A stretch of DNA of 32,000 nt from Cylindrospermopsis raciborskii Cr2010 (GCF_003367075.2 NZ_CP065936.1:660001-692000), one strand, 5' to 3'; positions 17,322-25,549 are shown, numbered from the stretch's first letter. The notes: a model not told the origin generated them from the letters alone. Numbers and translations are program-made.

Positions 17322-17690
17322 ATGAACAAATATTTTTTGAAGGGTAAACTTTTGCTGGTTTGTGGTGCAGGAATAGGTCTTATTGGTTTATTTGCACCAC
17401 AACCAAGCTTTGCTAATACCGCTATTACAAGTCAACCTTTGAATAGTCCGGACAACACAAATCCTTTGGTAAATGATTCGGGACTTGATATGTTCAATAT
17501 AATTCATCGGTTGAACTTTGGCCCATTGAACTGGGACCCTAATCAGCAAAATCAGCAGTTAGAGGATGCAGCAGCAGCCTTTAAAGCCCGTCAAAATCAG
17601 ATATTGCAAAATCAGCAGCCATCAAAGATAAAAGTAGAAGAAAATAGACCTGGTGGCAATACTGATGGTAGTAATACAGAAAGAAAGTAG
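17322..17690 (+). CDS. Secreted Q/N-rich hypothetical protein
   Basis: Signal-peptide-like N-terminus (LLLVCGAGIGLIGLFAPQPSFA) followed by low-complexity Q/N-rich sequence. I recognise no family. Confidence 0.5.
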   Translation: MNKYFLKGKLLLVCGAGIGLIGLFAPQPSFANTAITSQPLNSPDNTNPLVNDSGLDMFNIIHRLNFGPLNWDPNQQNQQLEDAAAAFKARQNQILQNQQPSKIKVEENRPGGNTDGSNTERK

Positions 17691-17720
17691 TTGCGGATAA
17701 AACTAAATAGGTGGATGATT

Positions 17721-18704
17721 ATGTTAACATCTTTAATTGATAGCGAAGACAGAGCAGCTGTTTATGCAGCTAAAACAAAAACTGCTGTTTGCGATCGCTC
17801 CCATTGGGGAAGAATTGAAGTTACTGGTGAAGATAGATTGCGTTTTTTACACAATCAAAGCACTAATAACCTTCAATCTTTACAACCAGGTAGTGGATGT
17901 GACACTGTGATGGTCACTTCCACAGCTAGAACCATAGATTTAGTGACTGGATATGTCTTAGAAGACAGAGTATTATTACTAGTCTCACCCAATCGGCGGG
18001 AATTTTTACTCTCCTGGTTAGACCGTTATATATTTTTCGCAGACCAGGTGACCCTGACAGATATAACCGAGCAAACAGCAACATTCACACTCCTGGGTCC
18101 AGAAAGTGATACCATAATCAGTAAACTAGGTGCAGCATCACTTCTGAGTCAACCTGATGGTCATCACATTTCAATCAATGGCATCATTTTTGCTGTTGGT
18201 ACAGGATTAACTATACCTGGCTATACCCTAATTCTCCCCAGAGCAGAAAAACAGCAAATTTGGCAGCAACTCCTAGATTGGGGAGCAGTCAAATTGAGCG
18301 ATCGCCATTGGGAAATGCTGCGGATTTCCCAAGGTCGTCCCGCTCCCGATGCAGAGCTAACGGATGATTATAATCCCTTAGAAGTTGGTCTTTGGCAGAC
18401 AGTTTCGTTTAATAAGGGTTGTTACATTGGTCAAGAGACCATTGCCAGACTAAATACTTACAAAGGGGTAAAACAACATTTATGGGGAATTAAGCTAAAA
18501 AATTGTGCACAACCGGGAACTATAATTACCATATCAGAAGAAAAAGTTGGTAAACTTACCAGCTACATAGAAACTCCTGAAGGACACTTTGGGTTAGGTT
18601 ATATTCGTGCGAAAGCAGGAGGCGTGGGTTTAACTGTAGAAGTGGGAGAAACTCAAGGAGAAATTGTGCCAGTCCCTTTTGTTTCCTGGGAGTATCCTCA
18701 ATAA
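17721..18704 (+). CDS. ygfZ: Folate-binding protein YgfZ (GcvT-like fold)
   Basis: It has the YgfZ signature KGCYIGQETIAR and a GcvT-like N-terminal domain. The start is placed at ATG 17721, with AGGTGG 6 nt upstream. The track ORF starts at TTG 17691, and ATG 17715 is also possible. Confidence 0.8.
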   Translation: MLTSLIDSEDRAAVYAAKTKTAVCDRSHWGRIEVTGEDRLRFLHNQSTNNLQSLQPGSGCDTVMVTSTARTIDLVTGYVLEDRVLLLVSPNRREFLLSWLDRYIFFADQVTLTDITEQTATFTLLGPESDTIISKLGAASLLSQPDGHHISINGIIFAVGTGLTIPGYTLILPRAEKQQIWQQLLDWGAVKLSDRHWEMLRISQGRPAPDAELTDDYNPLEVGLWQTVSFNKGCYIGQETIARLNTYKGVKQHLWGIKLKNCAQPGTIITISEEKVGKLTSYIETPEGHFGLGYIRAKAGGVGLTVEVGETQGEIVPVPFVSWEYPQ

Positions 18705-18748
18705 TTGAGGTATAGCAATTTATGAGCTTTTTAATTTAGGATGAATTT

Positions 18749-19207
18749 ATGTTAGTTAATGCGATAGTCGCCTATTTACACTATTTGAGCTTAGCAATTA
18801 TCTTTGGTTCCTTATGTACAGAACTATTTACCCTTAAACCAGACCTAACCAATAAAGAAGGATGGCGAGTTCTTATAGCTGATAGCGCCTACGGAATTGC
18901 AGGGGTTACCGTCCTAATCACAGGTGTTCTCCGAGTTTTGTACTTAGAGAAAGGAGCTGCATACTATACTCATCAACCGGTTTTCTGGTTGAAAATATCC
19001 ATATTTATCCTGGTTGGGTTATTGTCCTTGTATCCCACCTTTTCATTTTTGATGTGGATTAAAAATCTCCGTAATCAGAATTCCCCAGAAGTCAGTCCCG
19101 AAAAAATCAATCTGCTCAAAACTATTATTCGTCTAGAGCTTGTGGGATTTAGCCTAATTCCCCTTTTTGCTTCAATGATGGCAAGAGGAATTAGACTAGG
19201 ATTATAA
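18749..19207 (+). CDS. Small integral membrane protein (DUF2214-like)
   Basis: 152 aa with four hydrophobic segments. The family call is tentative. Confidence 0.5.
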   Translation: MLVNAIVAYLHYLSLAIIFGSLCTELFTLKPDLTNKEGWRVLIADSAYGIAGVTVLITGVLRVLYLEKGAAYYTHQPVFWLKISIFILVGLLSLYPTFSFLMWIKNLRNQNSPEVSPEKINLLKTIIRLELVGFSLIPLFASMMARGIRLGL

Positions 19208-19402
19208 TAGGTGTGTCTTTGTTTGTACCCATTTTCTCCTCTATAGGTAGCTTGCAAGCACTAAATCCCACACAAAGAGATAGGGTATGTAAGGAGTTTG
19301 TAAAAATTTGTTGCAACTAGCAAAGTCAGTTTAGGATAAAGATCCATCTATGTTATAGTGGGGCGGTAAATAATTATCTTTTCTAATTACAGGGAATCTA
19401 GT

Positions 19403-20041
19403 ATGGCTCTCCATCTTGGTGATACAGTACCAAACTTTACACAAGCATCAACACACGGTGAAATCAACTTCTATGAGTGGGCGAGTGACAGCTGGGTAGT
19501 GCTGTTTTCCCACCCTGCTGATTACACACCTGTTTGTACCACAGAATTAGGCACAGTTGCTAAATTAAAACCCGAATTTGACAAACGTAACGTCAAGGCG
19601 ATCGCATTGAGTGTGGACGATGTAGAATCCCACCAAGGATGGGTAGGGGATATTGAAGAAACCCAAAGCACCACACTAAACTACCCAATTATAGCAGATC
19701 CAGACAAAAAGGTTTCCGAGCTATATGATATGATTCACCCAAATGCGGCAGCCAATATTACAGTGCGCTCCGTATTTGTCATTGATCCCAACAAAAAACT
19801 TCGTCTTTCCTTCACCTATCCTCCCAGCACCGGACGTAACTTTGATGAGTTATTGCGGGTTATTGATTCCCTGCAATTAACTGATAACTACAGTGTAGCG
19901 ACTCCAGCAGACTGGAAAGACGGTGAAGATTGCGTAATTGTACCATCCCTAAAAGACCCAGAAGTTCTGAAAGAGAAATTTCCCAAGGGTTATCAAGAAA
20001 TCAAACCCTATTTACGGTTCACCCCCCAACCCAATAAGTAG
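19403..20041 (+). CDS. 1-Cys peroxiredoxin (Prx6 type)
   Basis: LGDTVPNF...WVVLFSHPADYTPVCTTELG carries the peroxidatic Cys motif PVCTTE, and there is no resolving Cys motif. The length of 212 aa is typical. Confidence 0.9.
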   Translation: MALHLGDTVPNFTQASTHGEINFYEWASDSWVVLFSHPADYTPVCTTELGTVAKLKPEFDKRNVKAIALSVDDVESHQGWVGDIEETQSTTLNYPIIADPDKKVSELYDMIHPNAAANITVRSVFVIDPNKKLRLSFTYPPSTGRNFDELLRVIDSLQLTDNYSVATPADWKDGEDCVIVPSLKDPEVLKEKFPKGYQEIKPYLRFTPQPNK

Positions 20042-20150
20042 AGGTTAGATCCAAACACATGGCGTGCCAAGCTCTTGCTAGCGCGCCCAGCATATAATGA
20101 ATAAAAATATAATTACTCAAACCTATAAGCAGTGACTTAATCTAATTAGT

Positions 20151-21125
20151 ATGGATATTAAAAGAGGATTTATTGGCACAATTGGCAACACTCCACTAAT
20201 CAGACTGAACAGCTTTAGTGAAGAAACTGGTTGTGAAATTTTAGGTAAAGCGGAATTCCTCAATCCTGGAGGATCCGTGAAGGATCGTGCTGCACTTTAC
20301 ATAATTGAAGATGCGGAAAAAAAGGGTTTATTAAGACCTGGTGGTACTGTAGTGGAGGGAACTGCGGGTAATACAGGGATTGGCTTAGCTCATATATGTA
20401 ATGCTAAAGGTTATAAATGTTTAATTATTATTCCGAACACCCAGTCCCAGGAAAAAATAGATGCGCTGACAACATTAGGGGCGGAAGTTCGTCCAGTACC
20501 AGCAGTGCCCTATAAAGATCCTAACAACTACGTCCGACTGTCTGGTAGAATAGCTCAGGAAATGTCTAATGCCATTTGGGCGAATCAATTTGATAATTTA
20601 GCCAATCGTTGTGCTCATTACGAGACCACGGGGGAGGAAATTTGGCAACAGACAGGTGGTAAAATAGATGGGTGGGTAGCAGCAACTGGAACAGGGGGAA
20701 CTTATGCTGGGGTGGCAATGTGCTTAAAAGAAAAGAATTCTAATATTAAATGTGTGGTTGCTGATCCCTTGGGTAGTGGTTTATATAGTTATATTAAAAC
20801 TGGTAAGATAAGTATAGAGGGTAATTCCATCACCGAGGGAATTGGTAATAGTAGGATTACAGCGAATATGGAGGATGTTCCCATTGATGATGCGATTCAA
20901 ATTAATGATCAGGAAGCTTTGAGAGTAGTGTATCAGTTGTTAAGAAGAGACGGTTTATTGATGGGTGGTTCAACGGGGATTAATGTTGGTGCAGCTGTAG
21001 CTTTAGCTAGGGAGTTGGGTCCAGGACACACTATTGTGACTATTTTATGTGATAGTGGGTCTCGTTATCAGTCGCGTATATTTAATCCTGAGTGGTTAGC
21101 GACTAAAGGTTTGGTAATGGGTTAG
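20151..21125 (+). CDS. PLP-dependent cysteine synthase family protein (CysK/CBS-like)
   Basis: GNTPLIRLN, the PLP lysine motif [17 protein letters not shown] and the GTGGT loop are present. I could not assign a subfamily. Confidence 0.85.
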   Translation: MDIKRGFIGTIGNTPLIRLNSFSEETGCEILGKAEFLNPGGSVKDRAALYIIEDAEKKGLLRPGGTVVEGTAGNTGIGLAHICNAKGYKCLIIIPNTQSQEKIDALTTLGAEVRPVPAVPYKDPNNYVRLSGRIAQEMSNAIWANQFDNLANRCAHYETTGEEIWQQTGGKIDGWVAATGTGGTYAGVAMCLKEKNSNIKCVVADPLGSGLYSYIKTGKISIEGNSITEGIGNSRITANMEDVPIDDAIQINDQEALRVVYQLLRRDGLLMGGSTGINVGAAVALARELGPGHTIVTILCDSGSRYQSRIFNPEWLATKGLVMG

Positions 21126-21227
21126 GGTCTTGGCCTTCTTGAAGCGATTGCGTGGGTTCTTCTTGTAGGATTTTTTCGGTCATGGTAGTCATAATTTTAT
21201 CCCGTTTTGACTATTGGGATTATAACA

Positions 21228-21974
21228 CTACTTTCTGGCAATGTAAAAACCATACCCAAAGTACTTGTTGAACTTGTGGTAGAGTTCAATTTCACTTCTT
21301 TCTTGTTTCACGATTTCTGCTGCTGCTACAATATCAGTATGTCGCCGAATGAAGTCATCAAAACTTGACACCAATGGATTGTAGTAATTTTCCTTCCAGC
21401 AGTAATCTGGAAGCGGAAAGTATCCTATTGGTGAGAAACCGTTTTTTTCAAGAACCATCATCTTCCGTGAGGCCGTATTGATTTCGCCGTATTGAGTGTT
21501 CCAGTAGTCCTCAATTTCTTGTGGACGTTCATCAGTCAACCAAGTGATTTCAGATATTGCCAAAATGCCATCTTCCTTGAGAAAGTTCTTCCAATACTTG
21601 ATACCATTCTCAAACCCCATATTGTAAATTGAACCTTCTCCCCAGATGACATCCAACTGGTTTTCCACAAAAGGTAATTCCTCCATTGGTGAGGTCATTG
21701 TAATTATTCTGTCACTGACTCCATGTTCAATTGCTTTCTTGTGAAGTTTATCTAGGAACTCAGTAGCTATGTCTACTGCTATTATAGATGCTTGCAACTC
21801 TTTTGCTAAAATAAGTGCTGATGCGCCTGTGCCACAACCAATATCAGCAATTTTAAGTCCGGAATGGTTCTTGATTCCTGAGAGTTCTATAGCAAGTTTA
21901 GTTTCTCTGTTTCCCCCAGGTCCTTGTCTTTGTTGATCCTTGTGAAGATCAATTACCAGGTTAAGATTCTCCAT
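21228..21974 (-). CDS. Class I SAM-dependent methyltransferase
   Basis: SAM-binding motif I is IADIGCGTGASALILA and the post-I acidic residue is in AVDI. The substrate is unknown. Confidence 0.8.
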   Translation of the reverse strand: MENLNLVIDLHKDQQRQGPGGNRETKLAIELSGIKNHSGLKIADIGCGTGASALILAKELQASIIAVDIATEFLDKLHKKAIEHGVSDRIITMTSPMEELPFVENQLDVIWGEGSIYNMGFENGIKYWKNFLKEDGILAISEITWLTDERPQEIEDYWNTQYGEINTASRKMMVLEKNGFSPIGYFPLPDYCWKENYYNPLVSSFDDFIRRHTDIVAAAEIVKQERSEIELYHKFNKYFGYGFYIARK

Positions 21975-22080
21975 ACCTCAAGAATTTTTTATCAAAAAAG
22001 GGCTTTGCGCTCACAAAAAGCACTCAAATTTATTGTTGGGCGCCCCCATATTATAATTCATAAAAAAGAATATGACTAAG

Positions 22081-22182
22081 TTATAGATATTGAAACACAA
22101 GGCGATCGCATTCTGGAACCACTACACTGCCAACTACTGTGGTGTCATTAACATTGCCGATAAAATTCCTAGTCTGTGCCAT
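22081..22182 (-). CDS. Small ORF (33 aa), copy 1: MAQTRNFIGNVNDTTVVGSVVVPECDRLVFQYL
   Basis: It is below the track length cutoff. AGAGG lies 11 nt upstream of the ATG. The first 27 codons are duplicated at 25307..25387, with 4 synonymous and 2 non-synonymous codon differences. Confidence 0.4.
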   Translation of the reverse strand: MAQTRNFIGNVNDTTVVGSVVVPECDRLVFQYL

Positions 22183-22343
22183 AATTTGATTACCTCTAAA
22201 AGGGGTGTAAGGTGATCCGGATTTCTTGGAGGAAAGCCTCGATCACCTTACCTTTAAGTATAAAACTACTTGAATAAATATGCAATAGGTTTATTGAAAA
22301 AAATTAATAAAATTTGTAAATCTTTTAGACTTGTCAAGCATAA
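22102..22343. repeat. 242-bp direct repeat, copy 1 (left boundary of the accessory cassette)
   Basis: It aligns with 25307..25549 with 16 differences (15 substitutions and 1 indel, by manual alignment). It starts exactly at a HIP1 site. Confidence 0.9.
22207..22251 (-). promoter_or_regulatory. Conserved leader hairpin upstream of small ORF copy 1
   Basis: GTAAGGTGATC...GATCACCTTAC forms an 11-bp perfect stem with a 23-nt loop that can itself pair further. The stem is identical in the second copy at 25412..25456, and the loop differs at one base. On the minus strand it lies between a TTGACA hexamer and the small-ORF SD/ATG. Confidence 0.45.
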
Positions 22344-22513
22344 GTGAAAAATATAAGAAATTTGGACTCACGCAATCCCCTCGGAACCACAAGGATGGTT
22401 TACACTGTAAATTGTGGTCAATAAAGAAAACTGCTGTAATAGTTATGCCATTTTAACCTTGCCATATAGGATACACTTATCTACTTAATTTTCTATATGG
22501 CCTTAGATTTTAT

Positions 22514-24082
22514 ATGAAAGAGTTCAACACAGTCGGCATTTGTCAGATAGAAAAGCACTACATGTGCGATGTGACAGCAAAATTCAATAGATGTAGTCAA
22601 CTGATAGAAAGTGGCAAATATTTTGCCATCAATTTCCCCCGCCAACATGGGAAGACCACCATGCAGAATCTGCTGGCAAAAAGCTTTGAGAAGGTGGAAA
22701 CATATCTGGTAATCAGCACCAGTTTCGAGGGGATTGGCGACCTACCATTTGAAAGTGAGAAAAATCTGGCGGGCATGATACCTGTGGTTTTTGCCAAAGG
22801 ATTGTTCTTCAACCACCCGGAACTAGCGGACTGGCTTGAAGGTGAAGCCAGGAAAATAGAAAACTTCCAACAACTTTCAAGATTTATCAGCGATTGGGTT
22901 AGTAAGTCTGGGCTAAAAATTGTTTTGCTGCTGGACGAAATTGACAAAGCCAGCAACAACCAGGTGTTCATCAATTTCTTGTCCTTGTTACGGGACAAAT
23001 ACCTAGCAGCAGCACAAGGTCGAGATGCCACCTTTCATTCCGTAGTACTGATTGGTATCCATGATGTGAAGACCTTGAAGTTAAAGCTTACCACGGGTGA
23101 GGAGCGCAAGCTGAACAGTCCTTGGAACATTGCTGTAGACTTGGATATCGAATTCACCTTCACCCAGCAGGAAATTGAACCCATGCTCGTGGAATATGCC
23201 CGTGAGCATATACTCACCATAGACTCTCATTTATTGGCTCAGCTTCTGTTTTACTATACCAATGGTAATCCTTTCCTTATTAGCAAGATGTGCCAGGTCA
23301 TTGATGAAGTTTATATGCGTGAAAATAAGCGACCTTGGGCATCTGAGGACATCGACGCAGCCTACACATACCTAGTGGATGGAGCTTATACCACGACCCA
23401 CTTTGATGATATTGACAAAAACCTGGAAAACAACGAAGATCTTTTCCACCTGGTCAAAGATATTGTGATCAATGGTATGGCATTGAAGTTCAATGTCAGC
23501 AATCCAGTTATTGCCAAGGGCAAAGTCTATGGAATACTAAGGGGAAACGAGCAGGGTCTCTGCGATATCAGCAATAAAATCTATGAATACCGAATTCTTG
23601 ACTACCTACTTTCTAAGCAGGAAACTGACCATGGCCTCCTTGACCGATACCGAGACAGCGGATTCATATCTGGTGGAAGACTCAATATTGAGCTAATCTT
23701 GGAGAGATTCCAGTGGTTCATGCAGGAGCATCATTCATCTAAAGACAACGATTTTCTGGAGTCCAACGGGCGTATGTTGCTCATGTCTTTCTTTCGCCCG
23801 ATCATCAATGGTAAGGGATACCTATTTAAGGAGAATGTGACTGCGGAAGACCGTAGGATGGATTTGGTGGTTACCTACAACAACCAGCGTTATGTGATCG
23901 AACTGAAAATCTGGTACGGTGAAAAGCGGCTCCAGGATGGACTTGATCAGCTTTGTAGCTACCTAGATTCGTACAGGTTGAACGAGGGACATATAATTGT
24001 ATTCAATTTTAATAAAAACAAGGCCTACGATACACGGAAAATTGTTCACCGTGGCAAACGTCTTACTGCTGTCTTCGTCTAG
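22514..24082 (+). CDS. P-loop ATPase with a C-terminal PD-(D/E)XK-like module (divergent paralog of 8299..9846)
   Basis: 522 aa. The N-terminus MKEFNTVGICQIEKHYM parallels MPKHFNTAGPCQSDIHYM. Walker A is FPRQHGKTTM and Walker B is IVLLLDEIDKA. The C-terminus has RRMDLVVTYNNQRYVIELKIWYGEK. I saw no HIP1 site inside the gene. Confidence 0.6.
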   Translation: MKEFNTVGICQIEKHYMCDVTAKFNRCSQLIESGKYFAINFPRQHGKTTMQNLLAKSFEKVETYLVISTSFEGIGDLPFESEKNLAGMIPVVFAKGLFFNHPELADWLEGEARKIENFQQLSRFISDWVSKSGLKIVLLLDEIDKASNNQVFINFLSLLRDKYLAAAQGRDATFHSVVLIGIHDVKTLKLKLTTGEERKLNSPWNIAVDLDIEFTFTQQEIEPMLVEYAREHILTIDSHLLAQLLFYYTNGNPFLISKMCQVIDEVYMRENKRPWASEDIDAAYTYLVDGAYTTTHFDDIDKNLENNEDLFHLVKDIVINGMALKFNVSNPVIAKGKVYGILRGNEQGLCDISNKIYEYRILDYLLSKQETDHGLLDRYRDSGFISGGRLNIELILERFQWFMQEHHSSKDNDFLESNGRMLLMSFFRPIINGKGYLFKENVTAEDRRMDLVVTYNNQRYVIELKIWYGEKRLQDGLDQLCSYLDSYRLNEGHIIVFNFNKNKAYDTRKIVHRGKRLTAVFV

Positions 24083-24112
24083 CCAACTGTTGATGCGATC
24101 GCCCAGTGTAAT

Positions 24113-24595
24113 CTACCGTCGGTAAAGTAGATGGTCTGGATCTAGCCACACAATGTAAAAGATTTCTTCAATAAAGAAGCCGTGCACCCTGCCATGTTCA
24201 TTGGAACAAATAGAAAATTGATAAGGTGTATCCACTATCTGTTCTTCTCCAGGGATACCAAAGCCCGATTCAGTTGTATCCTCCCAAGTAATTGGATGGC
24301 AGCGTAACGCTTTACTACGGTTGCTGATAAGTTCCTGAGCCGTCCAACTAGAAATATCTCTAAGTCTTTCAAGAAGACCAAGCAAGTAATCGGAGTTCCT
24401 ACCCACAACTGAAAAATCCCTGTGGTCACTCTGAAAGTACTTGTATGAGAAGCTTATTCCTTTTGACCAATTCTCTGTGACAGTGGGCTTTATTTTAGAA
24501 GGAGACTGATTTTGAAGTTCAGTCTTCTTAATCTTATTCTTCTTCGGCACGTACTTTGTAATACTCCCTGATAGATTCCTTGGTAATAATTTCAT
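24113..24595 (-). CDS. Uncharacterised protein overlapping the 3' end of the Panacea antitoxin gene; candidate toxin (PanT-like, possibly RelE/HigB-like fold)
   Basis: The ORF is open from 24640. Possible starts are ATG 24640, 24607 or 24595, or GTG 24550 (17-nt overlap with the panA-like gene). It has a Lys-rich N-terminus. The C-terminus LLERLRDISSWTAQELISNRSKALRCHPI...YQFSICSNEHGRVHGFFIEEIFYIVWLDPDHLLY resembles the HigB pattern (...ELNRQIYKLHPLKGDREGYWSITVRANWRITFQFINGDAYILNYEDYH) by eye only. Confidence 0.45.
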   Translation of the reverse strand: MKLLPRNLSGSITKYVPKKNKIKKTELQNQSPSKIKPTVTENWSKGISFSYKYFQSDHRDFSVVGRNSDYLLGLLERLRDISSWTAQELISNRSKALRCHPITWEDTTESGFGIPGEEQIVDTPYQFSICSNEHGRVHGFFIEEIFYIVWLDPDHLLYRR

Positions 24596-24992
24596 TACAG
24601 GGAGCATCCATAGGTAGGGAACCCCTTGCTCTTGCTTCAATCCAAGGGGTTTCTTGGTGGGTCATGCGTTCTAATTCGTAAGCATCGCACTGGAAGTACA
24701 CTTCCACAACCTCATCCAAAAAACTTCTGATATTTTCAGGCAAGTTAGGCTCCTCTACTTCTTGTTGGATGGGACGCCATCCAAAACCCTTATATTGCTG
24801 ATACAGCACAGGAATGACCGGCCCATGAACCCAGGCCTCAAATTCTTCTTCAAACAGAGCAGTATCGTAGAGCGCTAAATGCCAGGCCTGAGCATAGTAA
24901 ACCAGCTTTTGTAATTTGAGGTTGCTAATATATGAACCAGTTTCGTTTGCCAGGTGAATGAAATAACGTGCTACATCAAAACTAGTAAGCAT
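24534..24992 (-). CDS. Panacea-domain (DUF4065, SocA/GepA-like) protein; putative type II antitoxin PanA
   Basis: FDVARYFIHLANETGSYISNLKLQKLVYYAQAWHLALYDTALFEEEFEAWVHGPVIPVLYQQYKGFG matches the DUF4065 consensus (..ITNLKLQKLLYYAQGW.L...G.PLF.E.IEAW.HGPV.P.VY..YK.YG). A strong SD (AAGGGGGA) precedes the ATG. Confidence 0.85.
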   Translation of the reverse strand: MLTSFDVARYFIHLANETGSYISNLKLQKLVYYAQAWHLALYDTALFEEEFEAWVHGPVIPVLYQQYKGFGWRPIQQEVEEPNLPENIRSFLDEVVEVYFQCDAYELERMTHQETPWIEARARGSLPMDAPCNEIITKESIREYYKVRAEEE

Positions 24993-25051
24993 GTTTTTCC
25001 CCCTTTAAACCAGGACAAGAACCAAGAATTCCCCACACTTAACATAGGGTA

Positions 25052-25080
25052 ATCATAACAATAGGTGCATCAAAAGTCAA
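25052..25080 (-). promoter_or_regulatory. Candidate sigma70-type promoter of the panA-like/toxin operon
   Basis: The minus strand reads TTGACT tttgatgcacctattgt TATGAT (17-nt spacer). The -10 element is about 60 nt upstream of the ATG at 24992. Confidence 0.55.
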
Positions 25081-25145
25081 GTTAAATTTAGAATTGCTGA
25101 CGATCACCACTTTTTGTTTTTGTCGATAGCTTCTGCAGTGTACAC

Positions 25146-25286
25146 ATAGGTGTTATCTTTTGGTTAATTCCCAACAAGAGGCATCTCTAACGCTTATTTT
25201 AGCATACCAGTCAGCTACTTTTGTATTGGGGTGTCTCACCTTAAAAAGTAGTATTGGTAACGCTTTGGCTATTTCCGGAGATGTCT
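25146..25286 (-). mobile_element. Solo 141-bp terminal fragment (IRL end) of the IS5-superfamily element found intact at 30293..31433
   Basis: Its reverse complement matches 30293..30433 with 3 mismatches. It begins with the terminal AGACATCTCCGGAAA. Homology stops abruptly at 25146, and no transposase or second end is present. Confidence 0.9.
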
Positions 25287-25387
25287 AATCGCTTTAATGG
25301 TTCCCTGCGATCGCATTCTGGAACTACCACGATGCCAACTACAGTAGTGTCATTAACATTGCCAGTAAAATTCCTAGTCTGTGCCAT
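25241..25387 (-). pseudogene. Small ORF copy 2, fused to IS-derived sequence: MAQTRNFTGNVNDTTVVGIVVVPECDRREPLKR-LDISGNSQSVTNTTF
   Basis: The start and SD are the same as in copy 1. From 25286 downward the reading frame runs into the IS end, which supplies the last 13-15 codons and the stop. Confidence 0.5.
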
Positions 25388-25549
25388 AATTTGATTACCT
25401 CTAAAAGGGGTGTAAGGTGATCCGGATTTCTTGGAGGAAGGCCTCGATCACCTTACCTTTAAATATAAAACTACTTGACTAAATATGCAAGAAGTTTATT
25501 GAAAATAAATTAATAAAGCTTGTAAATCTTTTAGACTTGTCAAGCATAA
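25307..25549. repeat. 243-bp direct repeat, copy 2 (right boundary of the accessory cassette)
   Basis: See 22102..22343. It also starts at a HIP1 site, and the same hairpin lies at 25412..25456. Confidence 0.9.

Noticed and set aside
17440-17660. Repetitive caaaatcagca-type DNA that might be taken for a repeat array
   Set aside because: It simply encodes the Q/N-rich low-complexity region of the secreted protein. There is no regular spacer-repeat structure, and I saw no CRISPR array anywhere in the window.
20081-22070. Loose similarity between GCGCCCAGCATATAATGAATAAAAATAT (about 20083) and GCGCCCCCATATTATAATTCATAAAAAAGAATAT (about 22030), which might bracket the cysK-like/methyltransferase pair
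   Set aside because: The match is short, AT-rich and needs several indels. I cannot tell it from chance by eye. A dot-plot would settle it.
22597-23220. Antisense ORFs 22597..23031 and 23035..23220 inside the second ATPase gene
   Set aside because: They lie entirely within and opposite to a 522-aa ORF that has clear Walker motifs. Their composition is low-complexity Ser/Leu-rich, typical of antisense frames.
24596-24640. Longest start (ATG 24640) for the toxin-candidate ORF
   Set aside because: It would give a 107-nt overlap with the panA-like gene. Starts nearer the antitoxin stop (24595 or GTG 24550) are more typical, but the true start cannot be decided from sequence alone.
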